A stretch of 52,001 nt of DNA, counting the filler, from Catajapyx aquilonaris (taxonomy: Eukaryota): NCBI GenBank assembly GCA_000934665.2. It is 3 parts of 3 records of this genome, joined end to end, with 100 filler letters (N's around TTAATTAATTAA, not from the genome) between each part and the next. Parts side by side here need not be neighbours in the genome. Positions count along the whole stretch, not along the records: positions 34,798 to 52,001 come from JYFJ02007006.1; 2 more parts are not named here. The stretch is one strand, 5' to 3'. The translations under genes were made by a program, and so were the position numbers. Position 1 is the first letter of the stretch. Each line of letters starts with the position of its first letter. Below, in pieces: positions 49,442-52,001 of this stretch. The notes beneath the pieces are model-generated. The model ran no database searches. It saw only the letters and a program-made list of their open reading frames with translations, and had not been told where the DNA came from.

Positions 49442-50359
49442 TAGCCAAACATCAATTTCTGCAGAATTTCTGTAAGCAGTGCTTCTTGTTGGACCACCTT
49501 GCATATACACTGGCCTCCTGGTTATTCATGAGCAGATTATCTGTGCAGTGCCAAAAAAAATGTTAAAAATAAACGTCTGAAGGAATGTCAAAATGTCTTG
49601 CAAACAAAGAAATATAACATACTTTTTCCAGAAGACAAATTAAAAATCTATTCTAAGGTTTATTATTTTGATTAAACCTTACTTAAATCAGCATACAATA
49701 TGTGCAGTAGTTAATTTAAAACCTTGGAATAGCTTATTTCACAGCATCTAGGACCATTTTCAGATCATCCGTTTCCCAGGCACACACATAATGCATTAAT
49801 TAGCACAGATAATTGGGAGTGCAGTGTACACCTATTATACGTATTGTATATTATACGTTTGTATACCAAGGTTAAATTTGAGAGAACATTGTTCACTGCA
49901 TGTATGTGGACTCAACTGAATCACTGACAGGTTGCGAGAGCTGAATGCAGGGAGAATTTGGACAGGTCATTGCCCCACCCATTCCTGCCCCACCACTGTC
50001 TGACTGCCTGATTAGCTCAGATCATATTGTTTTCATATTCTCTACCTTGTTGATAACATTATTGACCTTCAGATTGCAGGGAAACACCCATTAAATTCTT
50101 GTATGTTGTGCCCCTTCTCATCCCCACTTCCTGTCACCCTTCCCATACCCTGCAGCTCTTGATTTTTTTATTTTTAAATATTGGGTTTTAGGTTGCCCTT
50201 TTCTACTTTTAGTTAGGTTAAATGTAGTAGATACACAGAACTGGGGAACAGTGGTAATGTGTTCTATTCATATAGACAGGACAACACTTGCTGCTTCTAA
50301 CAGAGATTCATATGCCTAGTCTCAGCATACTATTGTTGTTCAGTGCATTTGTCATTACT

Positions 50360-51006
50360 AGATCCGGATTTTTAGGCAAATGCCTATTTAGTTCCTTTGC
50401 AGTTGGGATGGTTCTGTGAAAAGATCTAACCGTTTCATACGAGTAATTGCAAGATGTTGAAAATGTAGGTGTGTGGTGCCTAAAATTGCCTATTTCGTGG
50501 TTTTGGGAACTACGTTGTGTATTATGGCTTTTCGTGACTTTTCATGTCTATTTGGCCTTTTTTGGGATAGTTTTTGAACTTTTTGAAGCAATTTCGGGAC
50601 TTTTTGGGCCTATTCTGGACCTATTCCTTCCGAGGCATGTTTGTTTTTTGCGGAGTAATTTTTGTGCTCCTGAAAGGACCAAAATCCATTGAAGTAATTA
50701 GTTTCACTAAAGAAAATCTAGAAAAATATTTTGTAACATACTGTGCAAGTGGAAATGGGCTATGAATGGTAGAGTCCAGAGCAAGTGAAACGTGCTTGCA
50801 CTTTGTCTCTTTTGCCCAAATTTTGTGATTTTCTGTCAGTTTATCGTTGTTTGGTTTTTGCTCTGGTTTGTGATCTTTTATTTATACTTTATGCGTATAA
50901 AATTTGTCTAGCTTTTTTTTATTATCTGTAACCTTATTCTCCACATGCATGCAAAAGTATTTCATGCCTATTTCAGGGTTTTTTGTGCCTAAAAATTTGG
51001 ACTCGA
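50360..51006. mobile_element. Probable hAT-like MITE
   Basis: Imperfect TIRs tccggatttttaggca / tgcctaaaaatttgga and repeated tgcctattt motifs. Confidence 0.55.
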
Positions 51007-51012
51007 GTCATT

Positions 51013-51063
51013 ACAAACTTAGTGACATACAAACTTAGTGACATACAAACTTAGTGACATACA
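51013..51063. repeat. 16-bp tandem repeat x3
   Basis: (acaaacttagtgacat)3 with no spacers. Confidence 0.95.
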
Positions 51064-51908
51064 CATTTCAGGTTCTGATGGAGATGCGTAACAAAGATAT
51101 GCAGCAAGTATCCCTTTTACGCTGCTTCATTTTATGCCGTTTCATATTAATGCCGGTTTGAAAATTACATTTGACAATTTTTTAATCCAAAAATTTTGAA
51201 AAATTTGAAAAGAACAAATCACTCTAAACATAAGCACAATGATGGAACACTTCTGAGTCCAAACAGACTACAGTATAGGCGCTTCTTTTGTGTTTCGTGG
51301 TGCATTGTGGCAGGGTCTGTAGACTGTATGTTCAGTACTGTATTGCTGGACTCTGCACTCCCCGAAGTATTGGACCGTTGTTACAATACCCTGTGTGTAC
51401 TTCAGTTCTTGCCAGAGAAGGGAAAGGAACTCTCAGAACCCAATGACCCTCATCCTGGAACCTCCCATTAAACATGCATATTAAATGTTTAAAATACTAT
51501 GCATTACAGTATAAACAGCAATATTACTACTATCTGTGGGAAAATTTGGGATATTTTGGAACCTATCTCATTCACTTACATTATAAATTTGTCTCGTTTT
51601 ATGGCGATTCACTTTACGCTGCTACAGTGGAACCAATTACTGGCATAAAACTGGCACTTCCTGTACTGCAGTTGGGTGCTGAATATTGATTTTTTTTTGG
51701 CTGTTGGAATTGATACAAGTCCTTAGTTTTATTAGAATGGTGGATGCCCTTGCTGTGTGAGAAATGTTGAACAAATGTGAATTGCTGAAGGAATGGAATG
51801 AAGGGCTTCACACATATACACTGCAACATGTTAAACTGAAAGTTGATGTTGAGGTGTTACAAATCAAAGCTCCTAAAACAACCTTGTTAGCTGTGGAGTG
51901 TAGGATAT

Positions 51909-52001
51909 ACGAGGGGCGGTCATAAAGTTCTTACAATCACCACGAAAGACTGCAGACAGCGGCGAATTTTTGCTGCTGGGGCGTAAGCACGTTTCTCTAA
52001 T
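51909..52001 (+). mobile_element. Possible start of a mariner-like element
   Basis: TA|CGAGGGGCGGTCATAAAGT resembles mariner TIR starts; the partner end would lie outside the window. Confidence 0.4.

Noticed and set aside
51013..51063. Repeat array as a possible CRISPR
   Set aside because: It is a head-to-tail 16-mer without spacers in a eukaryotic context.
51071..51091. Candidate ZFYVE21 exon 3 after tttcag
   Set aside because: The frame stops after a few codons and shows no ZFYVE21 similarity.

Overview
Repeat-rich eukaryotic genomic DNA, probably from an insect or other arthropod (inferred from intron style, tRNA-SINEs and MITEs), with two assembly gaps. Spliced genes reconstructed by hand from GT-AG sites and reading phase are: (1) the 5' end of an MRG15/MORF4L1-like chromo-barrel gene (minus, leaves the left edge; missed by the ORF track); (2) a C2H2 zinc-finger gene with one isolated finger plus 16 minisatellite-like tandem fingers; (3) a three-exon gene encoding ankyrin repeats, a PERK/eIF2-alpha-kinase-type catalytic domain, then more ankyrin repeats, an architecture I do not recognise and the best candidate for novel biology; (4) two tandem, diverged SPAG17/PF6-like genes (minus), the second traceable for only three exons before a gap; (5) an LRR (FBXL-like) pseudogene broken by SINE and LINE insertions; (6) the first two exons of ZFYVE21. 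Introns and intergenic DNA hold many MITEs, a 3.5-kb TTAA-flanked element with ~0.5-kb TIRs, and several SINE/LINE ends that share a covarying 3' stem-loop. All homology calls are from recalled family motifs, not database searches.
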